A stretch of DNA of 64,000 nucleotides from Cyanophora paradoxa CCMP329 (Eukaryota > Plantae > Glaucophyta): NCBI GenBank assembly GCA_004431415.1, contig QPMI01000633.1, positions 79,497 to 143,496 on the forward strand, read 5' to 3'. Within the stretch, counting starts at the first letter, position 1, and each line of letters starts with the position of its first letter. The notes under the pieces are model-generated. The model did not search any database and was not told the origin of the DNA. It saw only the letters and a program-made list of their open reading frames with translations. Of the stretch, positions 1 through 9,733 are shown piece after piece. The position numbers were made by a program, and so were the translations under genes.

Positions 1-1724
1 TCAACACGTAATTTATCATCTTGTTGGGCAATTTTGCGGAATATTCCATGTCCGCATTCATCCATGTGATCGACAACGATAGCTACTTTGGTTTGCTTTG
101 AGATTCGCCGGTGGAGGTTACAGTTTCGGCATGCCTTCCCGATGAAATTGCCGGATTGGTGACAATGATCGCGAACGGGGAAGTTTTCGTGGGTGAATCT
201 CTGAGAGCAAATATAACAGTTTTTTGTTATCTTGTATTCCGCCTTCTGATCGTCTGTGAGTGGATGCATCGAAATATTTCTAAACAGCGTCTCAACTATT
301 TCGGGTCTGATATCTTGGAGAGTAGCAAAGAGAGAACCGAGAGGATCGGCTCCCTCAAAATGGTATGCTCTCACTTCTTCTCCCATTACCACTCTCAGTG
401 AAACCGCTTTAATCTCACGTTTACTCCTCTGAGCATCGATAGCAACCGAATGATCTTCGACTTTGACATAACAGATCACAGGAAGCCAAACGGTTTTACG
501 TAGATGTTGCAGACCGAATTCAATTGCGCTTCCCGCTTTTGGGCATTTGCCTTTGCTCTCCCTCCAATCAATGCAGCGATTCGCTTCAACATGCAGGTCT
601 AATTTCTCCTGAGTTCTGAAACGCGATAAGCAGGTTTCACAGTAATAAATGCGACCATCACATGCTTTATCAAACGTAGTTTTCAGAAGACGACTAAAAG
701 ACATGATAGTAATGTAGTGTCCCCGATCATCTTCGGTGTTTTCAATAAGTAAAAGGTTAATTTTGGTCTTTCGTCTTGGATTACTTGATTGATGGAGAGG
801 ATAGAAACACTCTTTGGCGTTATCGGCTCCGTAAATGTTAATGGATAAATCGGGGTTTAGTTCTTCGAAACGATCGATTACCTCAGCATCACATGCAATG
901 GGAAACTGAATACCATCGAAATTGAGTTCATTTAACCATCGGCGGTATTGGCTTGGTTCATTGCTCTTGTGTTTGTTAATGTCCTTTCGATGCAGGTAAG
1001 CCAAAATCGCATACTTGAAGCAATCTTGACCGTCGATATTCTTAACGTTCACCGTTGCCTTCTTGGATGCAATCCATTCGGGAGTTGCGAAATAGCATCC
1101 TCCCACAGGTGCATAAGACATGATAATGCCTCTTAAAATTTCGATCTTCTCCAAACGGTAACTATCCACTTGCGTCATTTCCTCTTGCATTTTCTGTAAC
1201 GCTTTGCGAACTTCTGTGTCTATGTTGCGGGATCGGGTAATTACGAAATAATCGCTGTAAATGTATTTGGTGATATAGATGCGCGGATTACCTACTTTGG
1301 TAAATTTGCAAACGAAAGTCAGACGGACTTTAACCGCTCTCAGTTGATCTAAGCGGGTTCTAATGCGTTGCGGTAGACTTGGTGCGATTCTTTCGAGGAA
1401 TTCGATAGCATCCACGACAACTTCATTTCGGGCGCGATAGGTTAACCACGAATACGCTTGATTCATCGCTTGTCCATCTTCAATGTCCGGTTCAATTGCT
1501 CCTAATCTCTGTCCTTCACCCATAAATTCCTCCATTCGTTGCATGCGATCGTAGAGGTCATTTGCAATCTCAGTGAGTTGTCCTAATCGCGGTCGTCTAT
1601 CTAAGATGGTGGCTTCTCTATCGAATTCCGCTTCGGTTATCTCACCGGTAACTAAGAGAGTTCCTAACAATCCAAGTATTTCATTTTTCTTTTCTTTGAT
1701 CAGTCTGTTGGTTTGGCGGGGCAT
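1..1724 (-). CDS. Polinton-type protein-primed DNA polymerase B, N-terminal part (runs off window; not in the ORF track)
   Basis: Hand translation is open from ATG 1724 (MPRQTNRLIKEKKNEILGLLG): PEWIASKKATVNVKNIDGQDCFKYAILAYLH, C2H2-like YCETCL..H, EndoVII-like RDHCHQSGNFIGKACRNCNL; colinear with the PLV-B gene that carries the polymerase motifs. Confidence 0.9.
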   Translation of the reverse strand, partial: MPRQTNRLIKEKKNEILGLLGTLLVTGEITEAEFDREATILDRRPRLGQLTEIANDLYDRMQRMEEFMGEGQRLGAIEPDIEDGQAMNQAYSWLTYRARNEVVVDAIEFLERIAPSLPQRIRTRLDQLRAVKVRLTFVCKFTKVGNPRIYITKYIYSDYFVITRSRNIDTEVRKALQKMQEEMTQVDSYRLEKIEILRGIIMSYAPVGGCYFATPEWIASKKATVNVKNIDGQDCFKYAILAYLHRKDINKHKSNEPSQYRRWLNELNFDGIQFPIACDAEVIDRFEELNPDLSINIYGADNAKECFYPLHQSSNPRRKTKINLLLIENTEDDRGHYITIMSFSRLLKTTFDKACDGRIYYCETCLSRFRTQEKLDLHVEANRCIDWRESKGKCPKAGSAIEFGLQHLRKTVWLPVICYVKVEDHSVAIDAQRSKREIKAVSLRVVMGEEVRAYHFEGADPLGSLFATLQDIRPEIVETLFRNISMHPLTDDQKAEYKITKNCYICSQRFTHENFPVRDHCHQSGNFIGKACRNCNLHRRISKQTKVAIVVDHMDECGHGIFRKIAQQDDKLRV

Positions 1725-1745
1725 CTTTACTATAAAGGAACATTT

Positions 1746-2054
1746 TTATTTTGGATTTTGAACGCGTTTTGAAAGTTTATCTTGAAGTCGCTTTCGTGCA
1801 TGGTTCACATCATGGCGACCCTGTCCCGCTCTCATTTCCTCGAAATCATTTGCGCACTGGTGGCCTCTTCCATTTTCGCAGTATCTATCTAATTTCTTTC
1901 TGAAATGCCTGGGCATCTGATCATATTTACATCCTCCTTTCTCCAAGATCAACCGAAGCACTTTTTTTCTTTGCTCTGCATCTGTCAGAACTGGATCAGA
2001 TCCAAAGCATTCATGATTGAGTCGGGCGAAATCTTCTTTTGAGAATGTGGTCAT
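1746..2054 (-). CDS. Hypothetical viral protein (102 aa)
   Basis: ORF fills the gap between origin-like module and pPolB; preceded by CAAAAAATGAC motif. Confidence 0.65.
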   Translation of the reverse strand: MTTFSKEDFARLNHECFGSDPVLTDAEQRKKVLRLILEKGGCKYDQMPRHFRKKLDRYCENGRGHQCANDFEEMRAGQGRHDVNHARKRLQDKLSKRVQNPK

Positions 2055-2087
2055 TGTGGTGCTCTTGGATCACATCTCTGAAATCGC

Positions 2088-2098
2088 GTCATTTTTTG
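2088..2098 (-). promoter_or_regulatory. CAAAAAATGA putative early-promoter motif (also 4805-4815, 5267-5277, 11326-11336; CAAAAATTGAC at 61736-61746)
   Basis: Same 10-mer on the coding strand 30-100 bp upstream of four PLV-A start codons. Confidence 0.6.
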
Positions 2099-2312
2099 TA
2101 GGCGCTTGTAGGCAGTTAGGCACTTCTTAATCGAGAATTAAAAAGAAGTCCCAAATATATCAACTTGTGTTTTTCAAAACGTTGATTTTATTTTTTATAG
2201 AGAGTTTCCAGGAAAGGTGCCTAAGTGCCTAACGTCAATTAAAAGTGCCTAACCTCAATTGAAAAGTGCCTACTTCAATTATTCAAGTGCCTACTGTCCA
2301 TTTCCAGTAAGG
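2099..2312. repeat. Putative replication origin A: inverted iteron sets (TAGGC.. x3, GTGCCTA x5) around a ~90-bp AT-rich core
   Basis: GTGCCTA at 2217, 2225, 2245, 2266, 2287; TAGGC at 2099, 2109, 2117; directly 3' of the primase-helicase stop. Confidence 0.75.
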
Positions 2313-2358
2313 TATAAAAAAGAATGTATATAGAAATCAGAATCATAACAGAAGTATT

Positions 2359-4755
2359 TTACTCATCATCATCATCAAACTCAACAACAGTAGGTGTCTT
2401 ATCAATCTTCTTCACACCCTTGTAGCCACGATCATAACCAGTTCCAACCTTCTTGCGAACTGCATTCTTGTCATATTTCGCTCCAAGCAAACCCATCACA
2501 GTTTTAATGCGATTTGCAGACATATTCAGTCTCAGTTGCTTGATCTCTTGCTCAACCATCTTGGAAGTTACAGAGTCGGATGAATTTCGAGTGAATTCGA
2601 ACACTGATCTGATCAGAGACATTTCATCACCTGCATCTTCCCGGAATTCATTAATATCCTCAGCAACCTTCCCAGAAACCACGAATTTCTGAGATTTGTA
2701 GGCTTCAAACACCATCCATTCGAATGCTCTAATTATCTCAGGACTTTTTAGCAGAACACTCTTGATATCTTCCGAAGCCAATCTCACACAAGGAGAGTTC
2801 ATTTCCTCAACAGTCTTTTGATCAACGAATTTGTGGGGGTGCTTGAACAATACCATGGTTTGAAGGGTATCAGATGGGGAAATGGGTGGAACATCATTCA
2901 TGATCATCCACAAACGACTTTGGAGGCGAATATTGACCTCATTTTCATATAGAACACGCATGCATTGAACATCACCACCAGATTCCTTCTTTTTGATCAT
3001 TGCACCATTCACCTTAATATTTGTGTTTGAGACATCGAATTTCATCTCTTGGGTGAATGTCAGACGACGAAATTCACAAGGTTTCATCCACTTTAACTTG
3101 GAGGTATCGTTGTCATCTGAGTTCTTATTCAGCAAGAATGCCTCCCCACTGATGGTGTGCACATATCCACTTCCCCAGGTATTTTCATTGAGATTCACAT
3201 AAACCCCCTTACCACAATTGCGTTCACCAATTGATAATCCCCACTGTTTATCTTCGTATTTCCCAGCCATTGCACGAGCTGTAAATTCCAGAGCAGAAGA
3301 AATCGAATCATTTCCGAAAACGGGTTCCAGAATCTTGTCGAAAAGGGTTTGAATATCCGAATCAGATGGCTTGATCACATATCCATCTTTGTCAACAAGA
3401 AGATCCCTCTCGATTCGAGTGGTAGAATAGATCTTGTCACATTTGTCCCATGGTGTGAGCTTCTTTGTCTCGAAATCATACACACCATTTCGGTAGCACA
3501 ATTTTCCAATGGTCGATGACCACATAATATCATTGTAGAACACACGATTATTGGGCAGAAATGCTTTGGCTGTCTTGATAATTCGATCTGCCCCAGTAAG
3601 ATTGGTAGAATATGGCTTCAAGTTACCTTTGTCATCCTCCTTGAACATATAGCACTCCATGCACAATTTCAACATTATATTGTAGACCATTGTGGAATCA
3701 TCAGTCCACAGAAAATCGTCTGTCTGAGCGAATATACGACCATCAGACATGACCACTCGCCCCTCAATCGATTTAACAAATGTGAGAGCAGCTTCACGAT
3801 CATCCCGAACAATATTAAGAGGAGAGGATACACTTTTTGAATTTGTTGGAATCGTAAATCCTTGATCCATTGGTTTAATCATCAACTCAATCTTGTAGCC
3901 AGTGACATTCTCAATATACTTGGTAGCATCACAGAGAATATTGTGGAGACGAGTTTCGGGTAATTCAGGGGCTTTTTCAACCATGCAACCATCATAAACG
4001 AGAACGCCAACTTTTACAGCAAGTGAGGTTAAATACTGACAAAGCGCAATCAGACATTCATTCTCCAATTTGCAGAGAACCATATTAATGGTTGAACCAA
4101 AGATGTTATACTCCTTCTTTCGCTTGCAAATCAAGAAGAAGTTGTGGTTTTCGGGCATGCTTGCAATTTGAGCGTGAATTCCTGTGATTTCGTTCTTAAC
4201 TGCTTTGAACTTGGGGTGGTTCAGCAGTTCCTTGTTATCAATTGAGCCCCCACCCCCGTTTACAACAGAAAGAAACGCTTTCTTGATATCTTCGCGAGAA
4301 AGTCCCGATTTCTTGCTTATATCAGCAATGATACTATCACGATTGTCGACATAATCAGTAAGACCCTCACAAACGATTTCATTTTTTTCACAATACTGAA
4401 TGAGAAGTGTGGGATGCGCATTTTTCATATCGATATCGTAGTAGAAATCGCGAGCAAGAGTGTGGCGGAATTCTCTGGGCATTCCTTGCATTGATGCTTG
4501 CTTCTTCTTGATGTGTTCAAGATTCACGAAATAACGACCAGTATTATGCTTGCATTGATGATATTTAACTTCAATGCGCCCATCTCGCTTCAAATCCTTG
4601 AAATAACGTTGGAGAAGGGTGAGAGTAGCAGTTGCATCAATATCAGGTCGATACTCCAAAGTCTCGAAATTATCAATCAGGTATTTGAGAGTGGAGCGAT
4701 CCACCTTCTCAAAGAGAGCGATTTTAAGTCCGTTCGGTTGCTGAGAGTTGAACAT
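2359..4755 (-). CDS. TVpol (PolA-like primase-polymerase) fused to D5-like SF3 helicase
   Basis: YYDIDMKNAHPTLL, KKAFLSVVNGG and VLVYDGCMV (PolA-like motifs A/B/C); NGVYDF D5_N-like; Walker A GERNCGKG; C-terminal RGYKGVK winged-helix-like end. Confidence 0.88.
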   Translation of the reverse strand: MFNSQQPNGLKIALFEKVDRSTLKYLIDNFETLEYRPDIDATATLTLLQRYFKDLKRDGRIEVKYHQCKHNTGRYFVNLEHIKKKQASMQGMPREFRHTLARDFYYDIDMKNAHPTLLIQYCEKNEIVCEGLTDYVDNRDSIIADISKKSGLSREDIKKAFLSVVNGGGGSIDNKELLNHPKFKAVKNEITGIHAQIASMPENHNFFLICKRKKEYNIFGSTINMVLCKLENECLIALCQYLTSLAVKVGVLVYDGCMVEKAPELPETRLHNILCDATKYIENVTGYKIELMIKPMDQGFTIPTNSKSVSSPLNIVRDDREAALTFVKSIEGRVVMSDGRIFAQTDDFLWTDDSTMVYNIMLKLCMECYMFKEDDKGNLKPYSTNLTGADRIIKTAKAFLPNNRVFYNDIMWSSTIGKLCYRNGVYDFETKKLTPWDKCDKIYSTTRIERDLLVDKDGYVIKPSDSDIQTLFDKILEPVFGNDSISSALEFTARAMAGKYEDKQWGLSIGERNCGKGVYVNLNENTWGSGYVHTISGEAFLLNKNSDDNDTSKLKWMKPCEFRRLTFTQEMKFDVSNTNIKVNGAMIKKKESGGDVQCMRVLYENEVNIRLQSRLWMIMNDVPPISPSDTLQTMVLFKHPHKFVDQKTVEEMNSPCVRLASEDIKSVLLKSPEIIRAFEWMVFEAYKSQKFVVSGKVAEDINEFREDAGDEMSLIRSVFEFTRNSSDSVTSKMVEQEIKQLRLNMSANRIKTVMGLLGAKYDKNAVRKKVGTGYDRGYKGVKKIDKTPTVVEFDDDDE

Positions 4756-4954
4756 CTTGGGCTCTTCTTATACTTAATGGAGAAAAGAGTTTCTCCGGAT
4801 TCCTGTCATTTTTTGGCGGCTAACCTTTAAGTGCTTGATATCTCCTCAATTACCAAAAACGGCAATCGGGAGATGGTTACGGATCTATCGAAGAATATCG
4901 ATAGACCGCTCGAAAAATGAGTAATTGGGTTCAGCGGTCAAATGGGTGTTTTCC

Positions 4955-5191
4955 TTAATACTTTCGTGGACGTCCCCGCGACTTGTTTTCGATTCCCTCC
5001 CGCTCCTTACGACGATAATATGAAGCGAGTGATTGCGCCTTCTTATACTCCCGATAAACCGGGTCTTCGTTGTAAAGCGTTCGCTTCCTGAGAGCATCTC
5101 TCATCTTGTAATTGGCGCGGGTCTCATCTTCTTCATCGCCGAATTCGACAACGCTAATCATGTCTTCGGTTATATGAATTACAGTCGCCAT
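4955..5191 (-). CDS. Small basic protein with C-terminal AT-hook-like motif
   Basis: Ends KSRGRPRKY; upstream TATATATAA and CAAAAAATGAC. Confidence 0.65.
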   Translation of the reverse strand: MATVIHITEDMISVVEFGDEEDETRANYKMRDALRKRTLYNEDPVYREYKKAQSLASYYRRKEREGIENKSRGRPRKY

Positions 5192-5399
5192 GTTCCCCTT
5201 TATATATAGTTGAGAAAATCTTTTACCACTCTGTATTATGCGTTACGTCTTTAAGTAGTTTATGGTGTCATTTTTTGGTGACCAAAGCCAGTTGGTGTCT
5301 ACGTTCTTCAATTGCAGATTTAACAGCGTAAATCTTTCGTTTCGATAGTATGATGGAGTAGATCTTTTCGTATGACATTTGATACCATAACCAAAGATA

Positions 5400-5618
5400 T
5401 TATTTATGATCGTTTTGCGCAAACGATCGGCGACGGACAGTCTCTGTTTCTGTAACGGTGACTGTCTCAGTTGTTATCGAATCTTGTGATTGCCTTCGCC
5501 CTCCATCGCTTCCACCATCTGAGAAATCCATTTCGAATTTCGTATCGCAGCAATCATTGTGACAATCGGTTATGCAATGCATCTCAAACATCTCAATGAT
5601 CTTTTTCAGAAACTCCAT
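5400..5618 (-). CDS. Small hypothetical viral protein
   Basis: ATG at 5618 (MEFLKK), co-oriented with neighbours, Cys cluster HCITDCHNDCC. Confidence 0.45.
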   Translation of the reverse strand: MEFLKKIIEMFEMHCITDCHNDCCDTKFEMDFSDGGSDGGRRQSQDSITTETVTVTETETVRRRSFAQNDHK

Positions 5619-5644
5619 TGATTCCCTCTTTAAACAATATATAA

Positions 5645-6376
5645 TTAAAGCCAAACTCTCCGCTTGTATGCTGTGGGAGCTACACCTTTGTCGACTTCCG
5701 CTTTGGTAGCACCAGGTTCAACAGTTCCCTTTTGGGTCTTTGTCTTCAACTCATCTACCGCTTGTTCATCAATTTGAGTCTCCTTCTTACCAATAAACTG
5801 CTTATCGGGAAGACCGGTAATACCCATTCGGAATACTTCTTTGCGCAGCATTTCCTTGATTTTAGCGCGTTCTTTCTTCTCAGTTACATACTGTTCAAGA
5901 GCGCTTGATTTCGCTTCCAGATCCTTTAATTTAGCGGTCATCTCATCCCATTGCGCTTTCGGGATTCGGTGGATGTTTTGAGTTGGCGCAACCTTGTAAG
6001 TAACTTCACCAGCCATCGATTGAATTACCTTATCGGATTCTTTGGAAACACCTTCACCCTTGCGAGCGAGTGAAAGATCTTTTAGACCAAGTTCACGATC
6101 ATCGGCAGCACCGATAATCCGGCGCGCACCTTCACCGACCGCCTTCATCTTCGAGACTTCCGGCGTAATGTTCAGTTGCTCACTTTGGGAGGTTTGCGGC
6201 GCTTTATCACCGGGCGCTTCTTCATACGCCGCATTTAAGGGATCTTCTTCCTGTTGCGATGGTTTCACTTCGCTCATTCCGTTGAATTTCATGGGTGTAG
6301 TGTTGAGAGATCCGTGACTTTCACCGCCGGAATATGACATTGCACCAGCGGGAACACCTCTACGTTTCGGCGGCAT
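5645..6376 (-). CDS. Hypothetical charged protein (possible core protein)
   Basis: 243-aa ORF next to the ATPase; basic N-terminus MPPKRR. Confidence 0.75.
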   Translation of the reverse strand: MPPKRRGVPAGAMSYSGGESHGSLNTTPMKFNGMSEVKPSQQEEDPLNAAYEEAPGDKAPQTSQSEQLNITPEVSKMKAVGEGARRIIGAADDRELGLKDLSLARKGEGVSKESDKVIQSMAGEVTYKVAPTQNIHRIPKAQWDEMTAKLKDLEAKSSALEQYVTEKKERAKIKEMLRKEVFRMGITGLPDKQFIGKKETQIDEQAVDELKTKTQKGTVEPGATKAEVDKGVAPTAYKRRVWL

Positions 6377-6404
6377 TGTATATTTATAACATACAGAGAT
6401 AATT

Positions 6405-7187
6405 TTACAGTCCCCTCTTATATCGCATCAACTTATTCGTGTGAACAGCGCTTTTAATCTCTTTCGGCGCTTCCTCCTTCTCAGGCGGTTTTAATTCATC
6501 TTCTTTCTTTTTTGGCTTTCTGTGAAACCGAGGAAACTTAAAGTCTTTTACGAGTTCCGCTTTATCAACATAGTATTCCACCGAATAATTCGCAGAACTC
6601 CAAATGAGAAACTGATAGGAGTGAACGTATTCCTCAAACATCTTATAGAAAGCGTCTTTATCCCGCATGATATTGTATTCTTCTTCAATGGCTTCCAGTT
6701 CTTTGCGATTGGCGGCACTTAGGAACATTGCATAATCCGAGTTGACGCGAATGGTTGAAGAAACCTTACGCAATTTCTGAGTTATGCAAATAATCGAAAT
6801 TTTCGAATGGCGCCCACGACTGTAAAGAGAACCAATAATTTTATCGCGGGTTAGATCGACTATCTCATTATCTATAAGATCATCAAGAACGACACACAAT
6901 TGGTTAACAGGTTCTCCTTTCTCAATTTTCTCTTGTCGTTCATCGAGAAGTTTAGCGATGTAAGGCGCATCCCATTTACCAAGTTGTAATGTAGCGACAT
7001 TATCCCAAAAATGATTGAAACTCGTCCCACTTACAACAAGAATAACATCTAACTTTTTCGCATCGTGAAGTTGTTTTAGCCAATACTTCACCGCTTCTGA
7101 TTTACCAGTCGCAGATTTTCCAATTGCTAAGACACGGAATGGGGGTGTTATCATTTCAGCGGCATTAAACTCGGGAACGTCTGACAT
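6405..7187 (-). CDS. A32/FtsK-like genome packaging ATPase
   Basis: Walker A GKSATGKS, Walker B VVLDD, RGRH..ISIICITQ; likely start MSDVPEF at 7187. Confidence 0.93.
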   Translation of the reverse strand: MSDVPEFNAAEMITPPFRVLAIGKSATGKSEAVKYWLKQLHDAKKLDVILVVSGTSFNHFWDNVATLQLGKWDAPYIAKLLDERQEKIEKGEPVNQLCVVLDDLIDNEIVDLTRDKIIGSLYSRGRHSKISIICITQKLRKVSSTIRVNSDYAMFLSAANRKELEAIEEEYNIMRDKDAFYKMFEEYVHSYQFLIWSSANYSVEYYVDKAELVKDFKFPRFHRKPKKKEDELKPPEKEEAPKEIKSAVHTNKLMRYKRGL

Positions 7188-7248
7188 GGCGTAATAGATT
7201 CTTCTTAATAAAGACAGATAAAAATAACGAAATCTTACTGATAATGGT

Positions 7249-8646
7249 TTAGAGATTAATGCGGCGAATTCCGTCCTTATCGACAATAATGAACGAATGC
7301 ATGAGAGCGCGAACGTTAACAGTAATTGTGCGATCAGCAGGAAGATACAGAGTGAGGAACGATGACGACGAGTTCGTGAGATCAACATATCCAGATTGGG
7401 CAATGTTGCGAATCGCCTTCTCACCATCAACAGCGAATGGGAATCCGGTAAGGACGTAACGGTTTGCTTCCTTGTCCATATTCGAGCATTTGAAGGCATC
7501 GGCGATGAGTTCCGCACCTTTGAGTAGCGGGATTGGCTCAGTTGAATACAGACGCTGTCCGTTAATCTCACAGGTCATCGTGATATCCTTCGCATTCGCA
7601 AGCGTTTTAAGGACGCTGTGAGAACCGTTAGAAGAATCGACACCATCAGCATCACGAACAGAGACAAGAAGAGCATAAACCAGACCAGAGATTTGGCTAA
7701 GATTGATTCGGTTGGGTTGAGTGTTACCTTTCGCAGCAACACCAATAGCATCAACGAAACCGATATCGAGAGCAGGAATAGCCATCCCCGTGGTCTTAAC
7801 TTTCTCAATAACAGTAGCGAACAGTTCATCAGAAACGTTAATAGCATGCATGTAGAGACGAGGAGACTTAATGGAGATGTAATGGGTCATTGGTGGAACA
7901 GTTCCAGCAACTTCGAACCCAGTAATACCGCCAGTGGTAATGTTTTGACCGACATTAGCAAGAGTTACACCAGTAGCGCTTCCGAGACCGTCATTTGCGG
8001 TTTGATCCGCAGCGGTTGTCACAACTGGAAGAGCGCGACCGCCATAAGAAGTTTCAAGATATCCCTTGTTAGCTTCTTTGAACCAAACAGTGATAACAGC
8101 TTCGCCTGAGAGAGCGCCAAGTGGTAGGTAATGGTTCAACCACGGCACCGGAATTTCAACGAAGAAAGCGCCACCTTTACGGTTGGTTCCGTGAGCGGGA
8201 ATTCCATGAAGCATTCCCATTGAACGCTTCTTTTTCGCCAGCTGATCCTCAGAATAGTAGACCAGTGGGAAAATCGCAAGAAAATCGCTTGGGACGTGGT
8301 AAGTATACGAGCCATACGAGAATTCAAGACGCTCTACAAGCGCACCAACGGGACGGGTGTAACCATTTCGCACAAGGTCGTCATCACCAGTAAAAGCGGT
8401 TAGTTCGGGAAGATCAAAAGCGAGTTCGATTTTACCAACAAAGTTGTAGCGGGGAAGTTTGAAAGAAACGCGTTGACCAACGTTGTTGTCATAGGTTGTC
8501 GAGGGACTAACGGTTACCAGAACGGGTTTCGTCTTCGATTCGAGACCAAGCATAAGCGAGTTATCGAGGAAGAACGCTTTGGCTTCCTCGGGCGTTGTTA
8601 GCGCCTCTTTCAGAGAAAGACGTTGAAGGGTCGAGGTAACATCCAT
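7249..8646 (-). CDS. Major capsid protein (double jelly-roll, PLV-type)
   Basis: 465 aa, beta-rich (SFKLPRYNFVGKIELAFDLPEL, FFVEIPVPWL..YLPL); lies between ATPase and minor capsid genes. Confidence 0.8.
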   Translation of the reverse strand: MDVTSTLQRLSLKEALTTPEEAKAFFLDNSLMLGLESKTKPVLVTVSPSTTYDNNVGQRVSFKLPRYNFVGKIELAFDLPELTAFTGDDDLVRNGYTRPVGALVERLEFSYGSYTYHVPSDFLAIFPLVYYSEDQLAKKKRSMGMLHGIPAHGTNRKGGAFFVEIPVPWLNHYLPLGALSGEAVITVWFKEANKGYLETSYGGRALPVVTTAADQTANDGLGSATGVTLANVGQNITTGGITGFEVAGTVPPMTHYISIKSPRLYMHAINVSDELFATVIEKVKTTGMAIPALDIGFVDAIGVAAKGNTQPNRINLSQISGLVYALLVSVRDADGVDSSNGSHSVLKTLANAKDITMTCEINGQRLYSTEPIPLLKGAELIADAFKCSNMDKEANRYVLTGFPFAVDGEKAIRNIAQSGYVDLTNSSSSFLTLYLPADRTITVNVRALMHSFIIVDKDGIRRINL

Positions 8647-8700
8647 TCTGTTTTGCTTTTACTATACAAAAATATAAAAATTCTGTGAATGATCCTTAAT

Positions 8701-9705
8701 TTACGCGAATCCAGCAATATTTGGATAGAAGGGGTGGGTCTCTCTCATTCTCATTTTGAAATACTCATAAATCGGATCACCGGCGGGTTCATCACCATAA
8801 CGGATTTCGAATGTCAGATGCACAGGTTGCCCCTCGAAATCAATTAATTCATTTTGAGCATTCACTATATCTACCGAGAATTGCGATAGTGACATCTTCT
8901 TATTATAGTATTTATACAGCGGATTTGCTTCCGTCGAATTGTAAACAACGTGTTCCGCGAATTCTCTATCTTGAACCATAAGTTTATGGAAGTATCCAGT
9001 TAGGAGACCATCGGCACATTGGACGAGGTCACCCAGTTCTTTTACTCTCACGAAAAAGACGTTATCTTTGCAGGTCTCTGTGGGGAATGTTGAGATAATA
9101 CCATTTACGTTTGCACCTGTAAAAACGGAGCTTGTATCTGTTCCATAGACTTGTGATTTAATAAACTTGTTTCCCCAGCGTCCAGCATCCAAACCCAAGA
9201 TTCGAGCATGTCGTAGCGCTTTTTCGATTGCAGAAACAGAAGGATCTTTTGCATATGAGAAGCAAATATAGAACTCCACAGGAGCATAAAAGATTACTTT
9301 TTTTTGGGTTACATCCCAACCACAGCGAATTGCAGAAGGAGGCGAGAGATTCTCAAAACGGTTATTGATTCGGGCAACGAGTTGCTGATGAGTATTGATT
9401 GGGGTTTTTAGACCTGCACCAGGTCTAATAGAACGCCAACTATCATATAGAATCTCAGGAGCATTTGCACCGGTGGATGTGGACTTTTGGCTGAAATTGA
9501 TAATAAAGGCATCCTCTATTGTTGCATCCCCAGGTTCTGTTTCACCGCTAATGAGTGGGATGGAGTTATAGAATTCAGCGGAGACGAGGCGAACCGCTCT
9601 TACATTCTCATACGTCTTTGGAAGATCCGCAACAAATCGTGATGTTGGAGCATCCAGATTAGGTATTGTTTTGAAGGAAGACACTTCAACGTATTCCACA
9701 GGCAT
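8701..9705 (-). CDS. Minor capsid protein (penton) 1
   Basis: LPKTYENVRAVRLVSAEFYNS and C-terminal LSQFSVDIVN..ELIDFEG.PVHLTFEI pattern of single jelly-roll pentons. Confidence 0.8.
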   Translation of the reverse strand: MPVEYVEVSSFKTIPNLDAPTSRFVADLPKTYENVRAVRLVSAEFYNSIPLISGETEPGDATIEDAFIINFSQKSTSTGANAPEILYDSWRSIRPGAGLKTPINTHQQLVARINNRFENLSPPSAIRCGWDVTQKKVIFYAPVEFYICFSYAKDPSVSAIEKALRHARILGLDAGRWGNKFIKSQVYGTDTSSVFTGANVNGIISTFPTETCKDNVFFVRVKELGDLVQCADGLLTGYFHKLMVQDREFAEHVVYNSTEANPLYKYYNKKMSLSQFSVDIVNAQNELIDFEGQPVHLTFEIRYGDEPAGDPIYEYFKMRMRETHPFYPNIAGFA

Positions 9706-9733
9706 CTTCTTTTATCTATAACCATATAATAAA

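Noticed and set aside
111-1761. Plus-strand ORFs of 96, 62 and 62 aa
   Set aside because: Antisense shadows of the pPolB frame
7188-7571. N-terminal extension of the 388-aa ATPase ORF
   Set aside because: Overlaps the MCP 3' end in another frame; ATPase-like sequence starts at ATG 7187
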